Source: Podarcis pityusensis
Taxonomy: Eukaryota
Assembly (NCBI GenBank): GCA_964106645.2
Contig: OZ067046.1
DNA: 64,000 nucleotides
Direction: 5' to 3' (one strand)
The number at the start of each line of letters is the position of its first letter. The first letter of the stretch is position 1. Positions 40,693 to 55,152 of the stretch are shown here, piece by piece. Under the pieces are notes generated by a model. The model had not been told where the DNA came from. It searched no databases and worked only from the letters and a program-made list of their open reading frames with translations. The translations under genes and the position numbers were made by a program.

Positions 40693-40900
40693 ATCATAGA
40701 ATTGTAGAGTTGGAAGGGATTGCGAGGGTCATCTAGTCCAACCCCCTGCAATGAAGGAATCTCAACTAGATGATCCATGGCCAATGGCCATCCAAGTGCT
40801 GCTTAAAAACCTCCAAGGAAGGCGAGTCACTGCTTCAGGCCCTAAGGGCCTCTGAAGCAGGAGAAAACAAGCTTGCTCCATCCTCCATGTCACAGCCCTT
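40693..40900 (-). mobile_element. Older CR1 3' fragment
   Basis: atcatagaattgtagagttggaaggg...tctagtccaaccccctgc tail motif. Further short CR1 tails at ~38660-38718 (+) and ~41076-41130 (+). Confidence 0.7.
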
Positions 40901-42624
40901 TAGACTTTAGTTATTGAAAGGGCTGTATGGTGTGGATCTCATATCAGTGTTATGAGAGTGTAAGCAACACATTTCTCTCTCCCCTTTCTCCACCCCATGC
41001 AGAATTGCAATGGTAACCAGAAGGCTGGAGTTTGGAGCCCAGCCAGGACTGGCTGTGGACAGGATCCTTGCATTGCCGGGAGTTAGACTAGATAACCCTT
41101 GGATTCCCTTCCAACCCTGCCATTCTATGACTATATCAAGCAGCTAAAGGAACAAAAAGATGCTTCTGAAACATAGGAACACTCTCCCCACAGGTGGCTT
41201 CCAGCAAGAGCTTGCATCTTCCTTGGGAGAGAGGCCAGAACAAAAGGGGGAAAGGCTTAGAGTTCAGGTAGGTGGAAATGCCAATTGAGTGCCCTATACT
41301 ATAGGAATGCTTCCTTCCCGTGTCCCCCACCCTCATGCACCAGACTGGTGCTAGCATGGCTGGAAGCCAGGCGCCTGCTGATTCCTCCATTTTCTTTGCA
41401 GGGAGGGAGCTTTCCCCCAACATATACTTTGTTCTGGCCAAATCCATGGAGAGACGTGACGACCTTCAGGTACTGGGGCAGAGGGAAGGAAGGGGTCCTT
41501 GTGAAACACGTTTGGGGAATCTGTGGCTTCCAGCAAGTGCTTTTCAGAAGCATTGCTCCCTCTAGCACAGGAGGCTGAGCATAGCCATCACGGCTAGTTG
41601 CCTTTGATAGGCCTCTCCTCCATGCAATTGTCTAGCCCTCTTTAAAGCCATCCCATCCAATATGCTCTTGTGGTGCATCGGTTTCTCCTATGCTTCCTTG
41701 CTCCTGCATGGAGATGACTATCGTGAGATCCTTTGGTTAACCTCTATCTGGGCTGGAAAATATTAAAGAATCAGAGGACTGGTGAGCTTCCCTTGAAGCA
41801 CAACTGATCAAAGGCAGGCAGATCTGTTAGCATCTTGATAAAGATGTTCAGACGACAAAGGATGCTATCATACCCTGCAAGCGTCTCAGAAAAAGCTCCC
41901 AAGCTGATGGAGAAGAGAGCAGTTAAGTGGTCAGTGGGGCTCCAGGTTGCCGTTTCTGGATCCCACCACAGCTTCCAAGTTGCCAAAGAAAGCAATGTCA
42001 CAACAGTTTTTTCCTCGCACTTCCTCACCATGATCCCACGTGGGGCCTTCTCAGACATATGCTGTGTCTGAACCAGCAGATCCCACCAAACCAAGTAATC
42101 GAGGATCCAGTCAGAAAAGGAGTGTGTGCGGTCATACCAGAAATAAGCCAAATAAACAGGTACTAGAAGTCACCCCAGAACTGGCCCTACTGAACACCTT
42201 CCGAGATAACAATGCCCACTCACACTAGAAAGAGCTCATAACCAACTGACAGCATTTGGTTCAATATGACTAACTTAACCCGACAACCCCCCTCATCCAC
42301 CCACAAACAAATCCCACTGCAGCCAGCCAAAGACGATCAACCACACCCTAGGCCACCCCAACCTCTCTCACCACCAAGGAAACATAAGAAACGAATAGAA
42401 AGAGAATTTCTGCAAGTGACGCTGACAGAAAAACCCCAAGCATACACTAAATAAAAGAACTTAAGCTTTGCCACCCAAGTACCTCTCTCCCCGCCCCCCC
42501 CGAGGGAGGTCCCAAGATTGGAATGTTGGCCCAAAAGAGTAGCAGCGACATTGGCAAATGCTATTTAAGGTTAAATAGTAGTACGTTGTTACAGTTTTAA
42601 CGACTTACTACTCCTTAAGCAGTA

Positions 42625-42851
42625 CAGTGGTACCTCGGGTTAAGAACTTAATTCATTTTGGAGGTCTGTTCTTAACCTGAAACTGTTCTTAACCTGAGGT
42701 ACCACTTTAGCTAATGGGGCCTCCTGCTACCGCCGCACCGCCAGAGGACGATTTCTGTTCTCATCCTAAAGCAAAGTTCTTAACCAAAAGGAACTATTTC
42801 TGGGTTAGTGGAGTCTGTAACTTGAAGCATCTGTAACCCGAGGTACCACTG
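42625..42851. mobile_element. Tc1/mariner (Tigger-like) MITE, same family
   Basis: Same TIR and TA TSD; longer internal sequence than the 34633 copy. Confidence 0.9.
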
Positions 42852-43650
42852 TATTTGCCATGGCAGAATAATGCCTCATACTAAGGAACAGCCTTCCTCA
42901 GAGTGGAAAATTTAGGGTGGGGGTGCCACTGGAGAGTTCCCATTATTTGACTTAAGGATTTTGTTCCATTGTACTGAAATAATATAAAAACCTGAACTGC
43001 CACACAGATTGTGGGTGAGAATCCCAAACACCAATACTTCAACAAAGATCCGTGGAAATCAGGAATTTGTATGGGAATTGCATGAATGTCTTTACTTATG
43101 ACTTAATACAATTTGAGCAGGGCTTTTTTGATGCCAAGGAGAGACATAAATAATAATATAAAGAAGGAAGTTAAGAGCAGAGGCTATTAAGATAGACAAA
43201 ATGTACACAGGCTACATGATTTTGCATGAAAGACCCAGGCTGTGGAGATCAAGTAGTAGTAGATCTTCTGTGATATGGACTGCTTCTTTCTGCATGTAAA
43301 TATCAGTAATAGATGGTGCAAATAATTGCTGGACTGGATACATCCATGTGGCTTTGCTCATTTAACCATCCAGAGGTGGCAGTTCTTCATAGGTACACAT
43401 AGTTTTATAGGGTTGGAAACTAGTTTTGAGCAGTTTGCCTGTCGAAACATTCATCTGTATTACCTGGCCTACCCTGAGCAATAGTGGATGGGGTCTTTCC
43501 CAGTATTGTGACCTCAGGCCAAAAGCAGATGTTTTTGGAATATAAGCTAAACCAACAGCCAATGAAATGGAGTGGGGGCAAGCTATAACTTGCAGCGTTA
43601 TCACGTTTGATTTTACTGGGGAGGTGTTTTCAGCAGCGTCACACAAGTTA

Positions 43651-43888
43651 AAGTGGTACCTTGGTTCTCAAATGGCTTAGTTGTCAAACAGACGGCTCCC
43701 GAATGCCGCAAACCCAGAAGTAAGGTTCCGGTTTGCCAACGTTTTTGGAAGCTGAACGTCCAACGCGGCTTCCGCTAGAGTGCAGGAAGCTTCTGCAGCC
43801 AATCGGAAGCCACACCTTGTTTTTGAACAGTTTCGGGAGTCGAACGGACTCCTGGAATGGATTAAGTTTGAGAACCAAGGTACCACTG
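43651..43888. mobile_element. Tc1/mariner (Tigger-like) MITE, related family
   Basis: TIR (C/A)AGTGGTACCTTGGTTCTCAAA, TA TSD, CpG-rich interior. Confidence 0.88.
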
Positions 43889-44339
43889 TATTTCTTTTAA
43901 GTGGAAATGGAGCCTTCTACATGCATTCTGCTACTGAGCTATGGCGCTTTCCTGTGCTGTGCTGTCAAAAACTAAATTGTTTGGAAAACACCAGGCTGTT
44001 CTCCCTCTCACTTTTAATAGTGTTAAAATGCTGGGCTTTCTTCAGTATGGTATATCACTGTTCTAAGTAACTTTTATTGACTTCTGTATTGCTTCCCTTT
44101 ACTGTAATACTATGGATGTGTAACTGTAGCACACTTGAAAAATTCTGCCATCAAAGATAGTAAAATGACAAGGCAGTAAAACAAAGAGCCCCTCAGAATA
44201 ATGTTATTAACATAGAAACAGCAGGCAACTTCAAAAAAAAAAAAAATCTCTCCGAGGCAGCTGTTTCTATAGTACGTTGTAACTTGATGTCAAACAGTAA
44301 AAGAAACTGCATTAGAATAAAGTCACTACAATGTGGAGA

Positions 44340-47238
44340 GGCTGTTTTTTATCAGAGTTTATTGTTGCACAGCAGAAATCATGCCACTATCAGAATAATG
44401 TCTAGTTTTATTTTCTTTTAAAAAATTTGAGAAAAACATTTCCAGCAATTTTCATTCAATGTGAATGAGAAGAATATTACATCTATAAACACTGAAATAC
44501 CTATTTTATTCTTCCTGAGGAAGCTTCACATTTTCCAGCAATAATAAGGATAATCTATACAATATATTTTGAAGATTAGTTCCACTCCTCATTTTCTCAT
44601 GTGTAGTACTGGGCAAATACTGCAGCAGAACCATGTGTAACTGCATGGGTTGCTTGGTTTACTTCATTGTTTGTTTCCCTTTTTGTGTGTGTACCTTTAA
44701 TAATGATGTCCTGTAAATAATCACACTGTTGTTGTTTTTACTGACACAGCTGTTTCAGATAGCCAACTTTCAAAGTCACTTCCATGAGTTTTCACAAGAA
44801 CTATGTTAAAGTAAATATGTAAAGATTTTATGCTGGAATTTATTCTGGCATTTGTTTGTGCAGTCATTTAAACTAGTGGGAGGTATAAAATGCCTACCTG
44901 AATTTTTGGATTTTTCACAGTGCAGTCCTATACATGTGTACTCAAAAGTAGCTCTATTGAGACTTACAGGTAAGTGGGTATAGGATTGCAGCCTAAAACC
45001 AGTACTTTGCTTCAGAAGATTGGTTGTGGTTAGCAAACTATCTTTCAAGGACACTTGCCTGCCACTAAAGATCTTTCTTTGAGTAATGCCAAGCTTCTAT
45101 TTATCAAGCAAAAGTTTGAAAACCAGTAGATTGGAGGAACCTATTATAGCTTTGTATGACAGGATAAGGAAGAAAGAAAGCACTCTTTTGCAGAGAATCG
45201 TTCACAAATGGAAAGGATACTGCATACATGTGGTTGTTCAAGTACAATTGTATATTTGTTCATAAAATGGTAATGACAGAGATAAAGTTTGAGCTCTTGT
45301 TATTTCTATATTGAATAAAGGGGCCATTTGCACTCAGTTTATTGCTTTACTTAACAAAAAGGTAAGGAGTAGGACTAATGGCTTAAAAGATTTCCTTATT
45401 AATGTAGTGCTTCCTAAATTGGGGGCTCCAAGCACATTTAAGCATGTGAGCAGCTTTCCATTAAAATAATGGGGACTGAACAGTGCTTAACCTTGGCTGG
45501 GTGATGCTACATCCAGTAAACGGTAATGAAAATAATGGTGCATAATTACTGTCTTATATCTAATATTTTGATATATTTGGTTAGAGATCTAGCCATTTAG
45601 TTTTAAAGCACCCTGAGCCAAATATCAATACAGTAAACTTGGTTCATAATATTGTCTAGCTTTGCTACACATTTAGTCATTATAGTGTTGTAAAATATTA
45701 ATTATCAGAGCTACATGCTTTCAGAAATTTCATCATCGGTTTTTAAAGTTAACTGTGTTCATAATTTTTTTAGGCCAGCAGCATAATGTTCATTCCTTAA
45801 AAAATAATTTTGATTAATTTGTTGTATTAACTTAACTGCAGATATTCCCTCCAAATGTCTTTCCATAGCTTGTGAATCTGTTCATTTTGAAAATACTAAA
45901 GAAATGCATAATATAGTACCTAAGAAATCCAAAGCATGTAGAACACGTAATAATGTAAATAAAGCAAATCAGATATGAGTATGCTACTTGCCACTTTCTC
46001 TGTCTGATGTAGGACTAGTGAATTAGTGGAATCTTTTCCAATTTTAGGCAGGAGGAGGGGAAGTTGGGATGGGAAATCAGCTTAGCTAGTGGCAAAAGGC
46101 TGACTAAAAAAAGGATATGAATTTTTTAAAAACAACACAATTATTTTCTCTGACATGATTTTTTACTCCTGTGAACCTGAAAAATTATTTTACAAGTTTG
46201 GATTTAATTATTTTGGAATTCTTTGCTTCAACAATGTAAGGGTTTTTGTTTGTGGTATTCAAGCGAAACAATCAAAGCCTTGCAAATTATGCCTAAGTAT
46301 TTTTCCTGCAGTGGCCGAAGACCCCGATGCAGTAAAAGGTGACTAGAATGTGTAAGACTGTGATTTGGGAGAATCTTCTGTACTTCGGGAAAATCTTAAA
46401 TATCTTAAATATCCCTGGTTGGACATGCACATCTGATGCTGATCTACAAGCAGAGCATCTGCAGCACTTCTTCCATCAGTCATCTGTTCAGGAAGGGACA
46501 GGTTCCACAATGCTGCAGCAAGTCCCAGTTCAGTGAATTGAGGGGAAAGATTTCAGCCAGCCAACTCAAATACATATCATTTCTTTGAATACTATGATGC
46601 ATTCCCCACCTATGTTGTATTTCTAAACGACATAAACTGACTTTTAAAAAAACCTAGTTCAGTGCTTTGAATCAGATTGCAAAGGGGGAATACACCTGGC
46701 ATTTTGTGCTACGTATTTTCTCATTTTAAAAAAGACACAGCATTGTAATCAAACAATAAGAAACCTCAGCAGGCAGACAGTGGGTTACAAAACTGACATG
46801 AGACACAATATTCGTAAACTGATATGAATATAATATATAAAATTGTAAATATTTATTTTGATTTTGGACAGTTGTATATTGTTGTTTTTAAACCTAGGCC
46901 AGTTGCTTTTTATTTCCACCTTTGCACAGCAAGTTATAGGCACAACCCACTAGAAGTTCTCTTGTGCCAGCCCCAATGAAATAAGTGGGAGCTGGCCCAT
47001 ATGACCTTCCCTATGAAATCTCCATGAAACCAGAAATAGTAATGAAATGCCATGCACTTCCAGAGACACAAGTGCACACACTTTCACAGTCCACTTGCCA
47101 GCATACGGCACAAGCCTCACATTTTTGTTTTCTTGAAGAGACAGATTTCCCAACAGCTTTCTTGTAGCTACTAGAGACTTTAGGTCTGATTATACTTGAA
47201 GTGAAGAAGAGCTCTCTCTAGAAGCATTTCCCCCAATG
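44340..47238 (-). other. NDST3: NDST3 long 3' UTR (3' end inferred)
   Basis: About 2.9 kb of AT-rich, repeat-poor sequence after the stop. - strand AATAAA at 44412-44407 and 44363-44358. Confidence 0.45.
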
Positions 47239-47358
47239 CTATCTCACTTTTTGTAGCTCCTGTCTCAGCCATGATGGAAGGGGTTGTCCCAATTTGTGTA
47301 GAAGCTTTGAGAGTTCCACATTGTGATCTCTGTAGTAGCTTGACAGAAAAACCCTGCA
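47239..47358 (-). CDS. NDST3: NDST3 last coding exon
   Basis: cctcAG acceptor; [39 protein letters not shown] then TAG. Confidence 0.93.
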   Translation of the reverse strand, partial: CRVFLSSYYRDHNVELSKLLHKLGQPLPSWLRQELQKVR

Positions 47359-49730
47359 CTGAGGGATACAAAAACCAACATTTTATTTGGGGAAATACTA
47401 CAGTGTATATAGTATTTTGTCTTCCAATTTACTTTATCTTGATCTGAACTCAATCCATTTTTTTTATTTTTATTTTTTTTGTAAATCACATTTGGAACTA
47501 AGTATCAGCAATTGAATTACTTAAGGCACAGACAATTTAACCCATCTAATGACACTACACAGAAAAATGTTTCCTGCACACACAGCTTCCATTTCCAGCA
47601 GTTGGAGCTGCACTTGCAGAACCTTTTTCAAAAGTTTAAGGCAGTATTAGAGTCTCTGAGAAGGAGTCCTAAGGGCTACAGGATTTGTTATCAAAGAGAT
47701 TCAATGCTCCCATGCCTTCTCTGTGAGACTACAATAGTGCTCTAATCCTAGCGAGTCCTCCTCTTTCCACAACAACCTCTCAGGATGGGACAAACTGCTG
47801 GTCCTGGAGCTAGACAGGTGGTAGGTAACCTGTGGTCCTTCAGATGCCACTGGACTACGATTCTCAAGCCCCTGCCTATTGCCATGTTGGCTGTGGCTGT
47901 GGGAGTTAGAGTCTAAAGGTTGGGGGAACCCCCAGAACAGATTTATGGAGCTTGGGGGAGAAGAGAGGGAGAGGAAGTTCTGTTGTGCTGCCAGAAGTAC
48001 AAATGAAACTACTTCGTTGGATACTGCCCCAACAATATTTGGAGGGGCACATATCCATTTTAGAGGATAACATATTTGTACTATGAGTGCAATCTTAATC
48101 CTGCATTACCTTTCCCCCACTTTTCCTGATTGTGACTGTAGGGTGGTTCAAGACTAACTCACATTTAATGAGCTTGAGTATGCACCTGATAGAGGAAAAA
48201 TAATTTTAACGTGTGATAGTATACTTCACTTATCCTGGATCATTTTAGTAGTCCTAAAGCAGGAGTAGCTGAGTAATGCTGTCCAGATGTCATTGACTAC
48301 AGTAACAGCCCCAGTTGTTATGGCCAAAGGTAAAGGATGATGGGAACTGTAATTCACCAACATATGGGGTGTGGAGGGGTACTATATTGGCTTCCTGTCC
48401 TAAGCAATCACAAATCTTTTGTCCACATCACTAGGTTAAATAGTAGTAATGGATCTAGCTTGATTGGCTAGACCGTAATCTAGTTTTAGAGTATTGGAAC
48501 AATTTCAGTGTCTTTCCTGAATTTGTAGAGCCATTCTACTTAGTCAATAAAATATCCATGTGATATTGTGTAAGATATTCTCTACATGGTAGTGAGCTTT
48601 ATTGTAAAACCATGTTTGTGAATAAAAACTAAAAGTCTCCCACTCCTCTCTGATCACACTTTAATCATTTATGAATAAATGTGAACATTTATCCAATTAT
48701 TTGTAAATATACCACATAAAAGATCTTTCAATGCATCAATTTCTTAAGGGCTGCAGCATACCATATTGATAGGGATCTGATCTGGGGTGAAGAGTGCTTT
48801 AGGGGAATGGCTGCCCTATCAAGGAGAAATCAGACAGAATTGCCACTGACATTGGTTGTAACTTTAAGAACTGTAATTTTAAGAACTTGTGACTGAGCTT
48901 GTTTACCCCTCTTCCCTCTCATTCCTTTCCCCCCTGATGTGCCATGTCTTTTTAGATTGTGAGCCTGAGGATAGGGACCGTCTTAGAACCAATTTTTGTA
49001 AGCTGCTTTCAGAGTCTTTTTGGCTAAAGGGGAAAGTATAAATGCTGTAACTAAATAAACATTCTTCATTTTTTCCAACAACCTGCAAGACTGAGATCTG
49101 AAATATGAGGTAGTTTTACAGAATCATTTAGGATGATTTATGTGGAGGAGTTACCCCTAATGTTGTATCTATGATGTTAAGCCAAGCATTTAATGAGCAA
49201 ATTTTCCCCTGTGCCTTGTGTCTGTGTTTGTGACCCTGAGGTCCTTATCCTCTGCCCCTTCCTGGTGCTTGAATCCTAAAGTCCAACCAAGGCTCCACCT
49301 CATGCATATAAGTGTTCATATCTTCATTTGAGAAACAGGAATTGTGCACCTGAGATAAAGAGGATCCCTAACAAATTTAGGAATAAATTAACTAAATTCA
49401 GGATAAATTTAATTAACATTCTGGTCCTTTTCAAGTAACACAAAAATCTGAATAATCAAGACATTGCATATGACAATAGCTTTTGTGTGCTTTTGCTGAG
49501 AAACTTAGTTCTAAATAAAAATATGCAAATTTTTACAACAATCCATATGGATGAATTGCAAATGAAGTAAATGGCATACTGGGTACATTACAATTCAACC
49601 TAAGTTGTTAAGTCCCATTCATCTTAAGGGAAGAGTTAAGTATAAACTTAAGGTTTCTTTCACTGAAATCACTCTGAAGTATGTTATGTTTGGCTGGATC
49701 TTATCCACAGCACAACTGATAAGAGTTTAC

Positions 49731-49833
49731 CTCAGAATCCATTGGAGGGTACTTTCTGCCTTTGCTCTTCCCAAGACATTTTGTTTTTCCTTCTTCTAAG
49801 AGTTGACACCAGAAGCCCTTGTGTGAGTCAAAC
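49731..49833 (-). CDS. NDST3: NDST3 exon, sulfotransferase domain
   Basis: tttcAG acceptor, GTaaac donor; [34 protein letters not shown]. Confidence 0.94.
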
Positions 49834-50555
49834 CTGAAACATATAATGCCTTTAGATACAATGAATAACATCATTCTGCGTGTGGGGGAAAAAAGTGAAA
49901 TACAAGCCATATTGCATTGTTGCCTTTTCTCCATAAACTGAGAGCTAGTTCATATGATGACCTCTAAATGAAGCATTATTAATGGACTCATCCACTGCCA
50001 CCACATGCTGATGAAGCACTTCCTTGCTGCTCCCTCAAAGAAAGGTGACACCACTGAGCACTCATCATCTTTTACATGGAAGAAGGAACAATAATGGTAA
50101 CATGTCCATTAGTTTCTTGGACTTCAATAAAATTTCATGAGGTGCAGTCTTTCAAATATGGTGCTGTGTGATCTCCTGCAAATGCATTATGGGATTTCTT
50201 TTTGTGTGTGAAAAAGGACAGTTTACCTGTCAAAAGATGCGTTACAGGAATATTCAAACAGAACTATTGTATTTGCGGCTTGGGTAACCAACTGCATGGA
50301 TTCCATAGCCATAGCTGAGGTTAATGTGCACCAGTTCTCAGAAACATGAATATCATTTGTTCTGTTTCATTGTTTCTACCTATCCTTCTTTAGAATACTG
50401 AGCCCCATTAACATCTCTAGTGTGGGAGTCATTACAATGTTCTTCCTTCACAGACTATGAGAGTAACATAGGAAATTCCAGGTTCAATGTGAGGAGCCCA
50501 TGTGATGGCTCCCCCTGTGCCATCCATGCCCGTTTTCTGGGAGGGACAATGTTTG

Positions 50556-50790
50556 CATGAATATAAGAAGAGTCTTGCTAGATTAGATCAAAAGCTTGTC
50601 TAATGCAATGTTCTGTTCTCACAGTGGCCAGCCAAATGCTTATGGGAAGCCATCAAGCAGGACATGAATGCAATAGCGCTCCAGAACTGGTTTTCAGAGA
50701 CATACTGCATATGATACCCGAAGTAACATAAGGCCATTATGACTAGTAGTTAATTAATAGCATCTGCCATGAATTTGTTTAGTTCTTTTA
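50556..50790 (-). mobile_element. Degenerate CR1-type 3' fragment
   Basis: Resembles the cataagaa...ctggatcaga...tgttctcacagtggcca motif; a related piece lies at ~41555-41655. Confidence 0.5.
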
Positions 50791-51691
50791 AAAAGTCGAC
50801 TGTTTTCACTACCCCAAGGCACGGGGTGAATTATTATGGCACAGTAGTGCACAATAGAGAGGCACTATGTCATACTCTGGACTTCATATGTGACACACTT
50901 GTCCAAAATATTGGGTGCTGGTGGTTTAAGCAAAGATTAATATTCACCAGCTTATATAAACTGCATGGAAAAAGAAAAGAAGACATTCAAGGTTAAATAA
51001 ATTCAGAGTGTACTTTTATGAGAGCTGTATCAGATCATTTAAGTGAACAAGTAACCCTAAATAGAAATCTTTTAACAAATCATTGTTCGCAAACAAGAGT
51101 AGACAGGAAAGAAAAGCATGCGCTGGAATTAGATGCAGATGGGAATAATTCACAGCATCCAGGTCAAGCAGTACGGTGTAAAAGGGGCTGAAAGCTCAAT
51201 AGAATTACTCTAGGGGTGAATTTGATCCATTATGTCTTTACAATGCACTTGACTTTATCTCATGGAAGATAAAGTCGGGGTTTTTTGCCACATACTCAAC
51301 AAAAAAAAGAACAGCACAATTGACTAAGAGGCGTTAAATAGAGAACTGTCTGGGAATGAACACTATTCTTTTTTGAGAGCTTCTTATGAAAACAGACAAT
51401 GGGATTTCATACAAAAGAGCAGACTAAGGTTATCAATCTCATTTTAAGGGCAAGTGAATAAATGTTTGAATCAAAATGGTTTGTGTACATGACTATTTAT
51501 TATATACACAGTGGGTCCTGTATCCCTGACACTGGCATTGTTGTGCCTTTCTAATCAAATAAAAAGAAAAGCAGCTTCTGTCCTTGCTGCTTATGGATAG
51601 TGAATCTTCTGCTGCTGAGCAAAGAGGTGGAAAGGCGTTCCACTTATCCATTCAAAAGCAGAACCAATTTATAGAGAACAGTCCTTGTTTT

Positions 51692-51737
51692 TTCTGTCTG
51701 GTGTCTTGACTGTTCTGTCTGGTGTCTTGACTGTTCT
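51692..51737. repeat. 21-bp tandem duplication
   Basis: ttctgtctggtgtcttgactg x2. Confidence 0.9.
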
Positions 51738-52314
51738 AAAGTGGTTCACCATATGCATGTTTACAGTAAGATTTACAGAAATAATTTTCTTCCCAGTGGT
51801 TGTGTACAGCGAACAGGATTATTGTGAATTAGCTGGGTTGTTCCCACCTCCACTCCCGAAAGGAAATCGTGATGTCATAAGGTCATGTATGAGTACATAT
51901 TTATGCATGGGAATTAAATGGGGGGGAGGCTTTTAAAAACCCGCATATTTCTAAAATTAGAAACAGTGAGCTGGTTCGGATGATCATGTCTTGACTTAAT
52001 AAGACAATTTGTTTTGTGAGCCAGCTTTCTGCCTGTATATGCTGACCCTTTGCATGGGTTGTAAATAAAACAAATTAAAGCAAATTAAAAAGGCTCAAAT
52101 AAACCACAACTTCTTGTTTCTTCTGAACCAGGAAGTTTGGAACAAGCCAGAATTCTAAAACAACTTGGTATTTAGCAAGCCACCAGGTATCAGTAAGTAG
52201 CAAGTGCACAGAATTCCACGCTGGTGAGTTAGTGAGAGACAGGCTGGATTTCTCCATTTCTTCTATGCCAGCTAATAAAAATGCTTTCTGCCAACTGTGT
52301 TGACAGGTTGGCAT

Positions 52315-52388
52315 TCATATACTTCATATACTTCATATACTTTCATATACTTCATATACCTCCATATACTTTCATATACCTCCATATT
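52315..52388. repeat. ~9-bp minisatellite (TTCATATAC)n
   Basis: About 8 imperfect copies. Confidence 0.88.
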
Positions 52389-52764
52389 TCATGGAGGAGG
52401 AGGCTTTCCCTCTATGGCTAGCATGAAATCAGTCCACTAGCCCCTTAGTAGGCTAGCAAAAACAACAACATGTGAGCTAGTTTATTTACAAGGCTGTCTT
52501 CAATGGTTTGAAGCTGAGTCAAACTTGCTCAAAAGGTGGCAACCAGTTGCTCCCCAGTTCAAACAAAATGGGAAGCTATGGTTACTTATGGACTTCCTAC
52601 TTTGATTACAACTTATGTGAAGAGACTGTGTGCATAGGAAAAATGCTTACTCATATCTTGGCTTGTTAATCTGAGATACTATTGTCTGAACTGGCTCCTT
52701 ATTGCAGTTCTTACTTTTATCATACTATGCAAACTGTGTTAAATAAATCAATGAATTAACTCAC

Positions 52765-52874
52765 GTTAGGGCTTCTGAGTAATTATAATGAGGAGTAACT
52801 CCCAGAAACTTCTGCACTTCGTCCATCACGATAGCTGGATCATTTCTCAGCTGCTGTCCATCAATAATTAGTAA
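52765..52874 (-). CDS. NDST3: NDST3 exon
   Basis: poly-C AG acceptor, GTgagt donor; [36 protein letters not shown]. Confidence 0.93.
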
Positions 52875-53759
52875 CTGGGGGGGGGGGGTAGAAAAGTCAA
52901 CTGTGAATACTGTATTTAAAATTCATTATATGTCAGACTTCAAACATTTTTTCACATACGCAAAGCTCAGTCTTTAAGAGGAACTGAGGTGCCCCGGGGA
53001 TCAGTAATAAATCCATTCATATTTATCACCACTTTTAATGATCTAGGAGTGAGGTAAATGGCTCACTAATTAAATCTGAAATGATATTAAATTGGAAGCT
53101 GCTTGGAATACTAGTGATGGTAGAGAAATAAAGATCTTGACCCAGATTAATTAGAACTATGGTTTGCCCTGAAAAATGCTATCAAATGTAGCTTTGAAAA
53201 CAAAAGCAAGATATAAAACATATTTATATCTTCTTTTTCTTAATATCATTCAGTCTGGTGACAGTTAAATTCAGAAGCAGAACAGGAAACAGTTTTTTGG
53301 GTGTGTGCCATTCTTTAATTGCTTGTTATCCTCTTGGACTACTATGAATGAGCAAGGGGCTCTAGGAGGTAAAGCAGCTGAGTTATTTTTAAGTTGATTG
53401 ACCATGTGAGCCACTTACCCTGCGAATCTGGCAGCATCTTAGCAGGAAACCGCAAAACAACAGCAACGAAGAGATTGACAGTGACTTATCACATGAAACC
53501 TCATTTAGCAGGCCCTGCCTGTCACTACTACGGTCATAGTGGGACTTAAGATAGGACAGAAAGTGAAAGAACCTTAAAATAAGAAAAAAATATTGCGGTA
53601 CATCATTCCAATGAATGCATGGGTTGTACTATTCTTCTAACTTTTAGGGAAGAAGCCCCTGGGTATTTTGCGGCTCAGACAGTTGCCAAAATGATTTTGA
53701 AACAGCCTACCATGAAGATCAACATTTCACAAGGTAGTAGAGAGGGAGTAAATATTTAC

Positions 53760-53930
53760 CTGATAAGGTGGAAAGTAAGTTAGCCATCTTTCTATATGGG
53801 TAGCATACCATCCAGGTACTAGACATTTCTTTTGAAGAGCCTTAAGCTCTGCTGAAGCATGATGTCCAGCGCTGATCACTTGATAGAAGGTAAACTTTAG
53901 AGCTGCAGGGTCTTTGTGTGATCGCTGGTG
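53760..53930 (-). CDS. NDST3: NDST3 exon
   Basis: ctccAG acceptor, GTaaat donor; [57 protein letters not shown]. Confidence 0.93.
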
Positions 53931-55152
53931 CTGGAGGGAAAAATGTTGAAGTAATGCAAATGGAAAGCAGAATGGCCAGCTTCTACTCTTAAAAGGATAC
54001 TTCTTTAATTTTAACTGCTTGACAATGCTAAATTGTGAATTTTATAGAAACTGGACAGATGAAATATATGATAAACTAATTCCAGTAAGGATACATTGTT
54101 GATTACTTTGGGTAAAACACTAATAGGGTATGCACAGAATAATCAATATAATTTTTGTTGTTAATTAACTGCCCCTCACTTTAATTTCCCATGTAAAAGT
54201 GGGAAGAAGCTAACACTAACATCTTTCCTTGATTGCTTTTAGATCTAACCCATTTGATGAGCTACTTTGTTGAGAAATGACCATATTTGGATTCTAGGAG
54301 GGTACAATTAGTCCTTTACCCAGGGACTTGAATATAGGTTTAGCAGTAGTAATGTTATTCTTATTAATGATAAAAATAAAATATTTTAAAAACACCATCT
54401 CAGCAATGAGAAACAGTGTGTAGTATGACTATACCAGTGACTGCCTATGCCAATGACAGTCAGATAACTCTGTTCCTTGGACTATTATTGTTAATAAGCT
54501 TAGCAGCTAGAAAACTTGAGCAGTTATCTATACAATTAGTAATAAGGCAATAGAAGCTTGAGGGACAGACAGGCCAGAGACATCCATTGACTCTTGTAGG
54601 ACACATCAAATCTTCAGCTGAAGCAGTCTGTTGCTGCTTGTCACACCACACCAAAGCTCAGTCCCTGGAATCTTCAAGTAGGATTAGTAAAGGCACTGTT
54701 CTGAGACCCTGAAGAGCTAGATGGACCAATAATCTGACTTAATACAAGGCAGCTTTCTAAATTTCTAGGACAGTATTGAATTCTATAAGAAACTAGCTAT
54801 AAGGGAAAATAATATCATAATAGAAAAGTATACTATAATAAACTTATGAGAATTAAAGGAATGGATCACCAGTCTTTACCAGCAGTCCAATCCAAACCAA
54901 ACCAAACCTATAGATTAAGAAATGATGCTGAAATCTTAATCCCATTTACCTAGGAATAAACACACTGAAATAAATGGGGCTTATTTATGAGTAGTCATAC
55001 CTAGGATTGTGTGGTGACTTGTTAAGAAAGGCTTAATTCAAATAATGCTTTGTCCTTCAAAATAAAATAGAGGTGCATATGCTAAAACAAGCAACCCAAA
55101 ATTCTTTATCATATATTAATCTAGAACCTGAATTAATTCTTAAATCTTCTAC

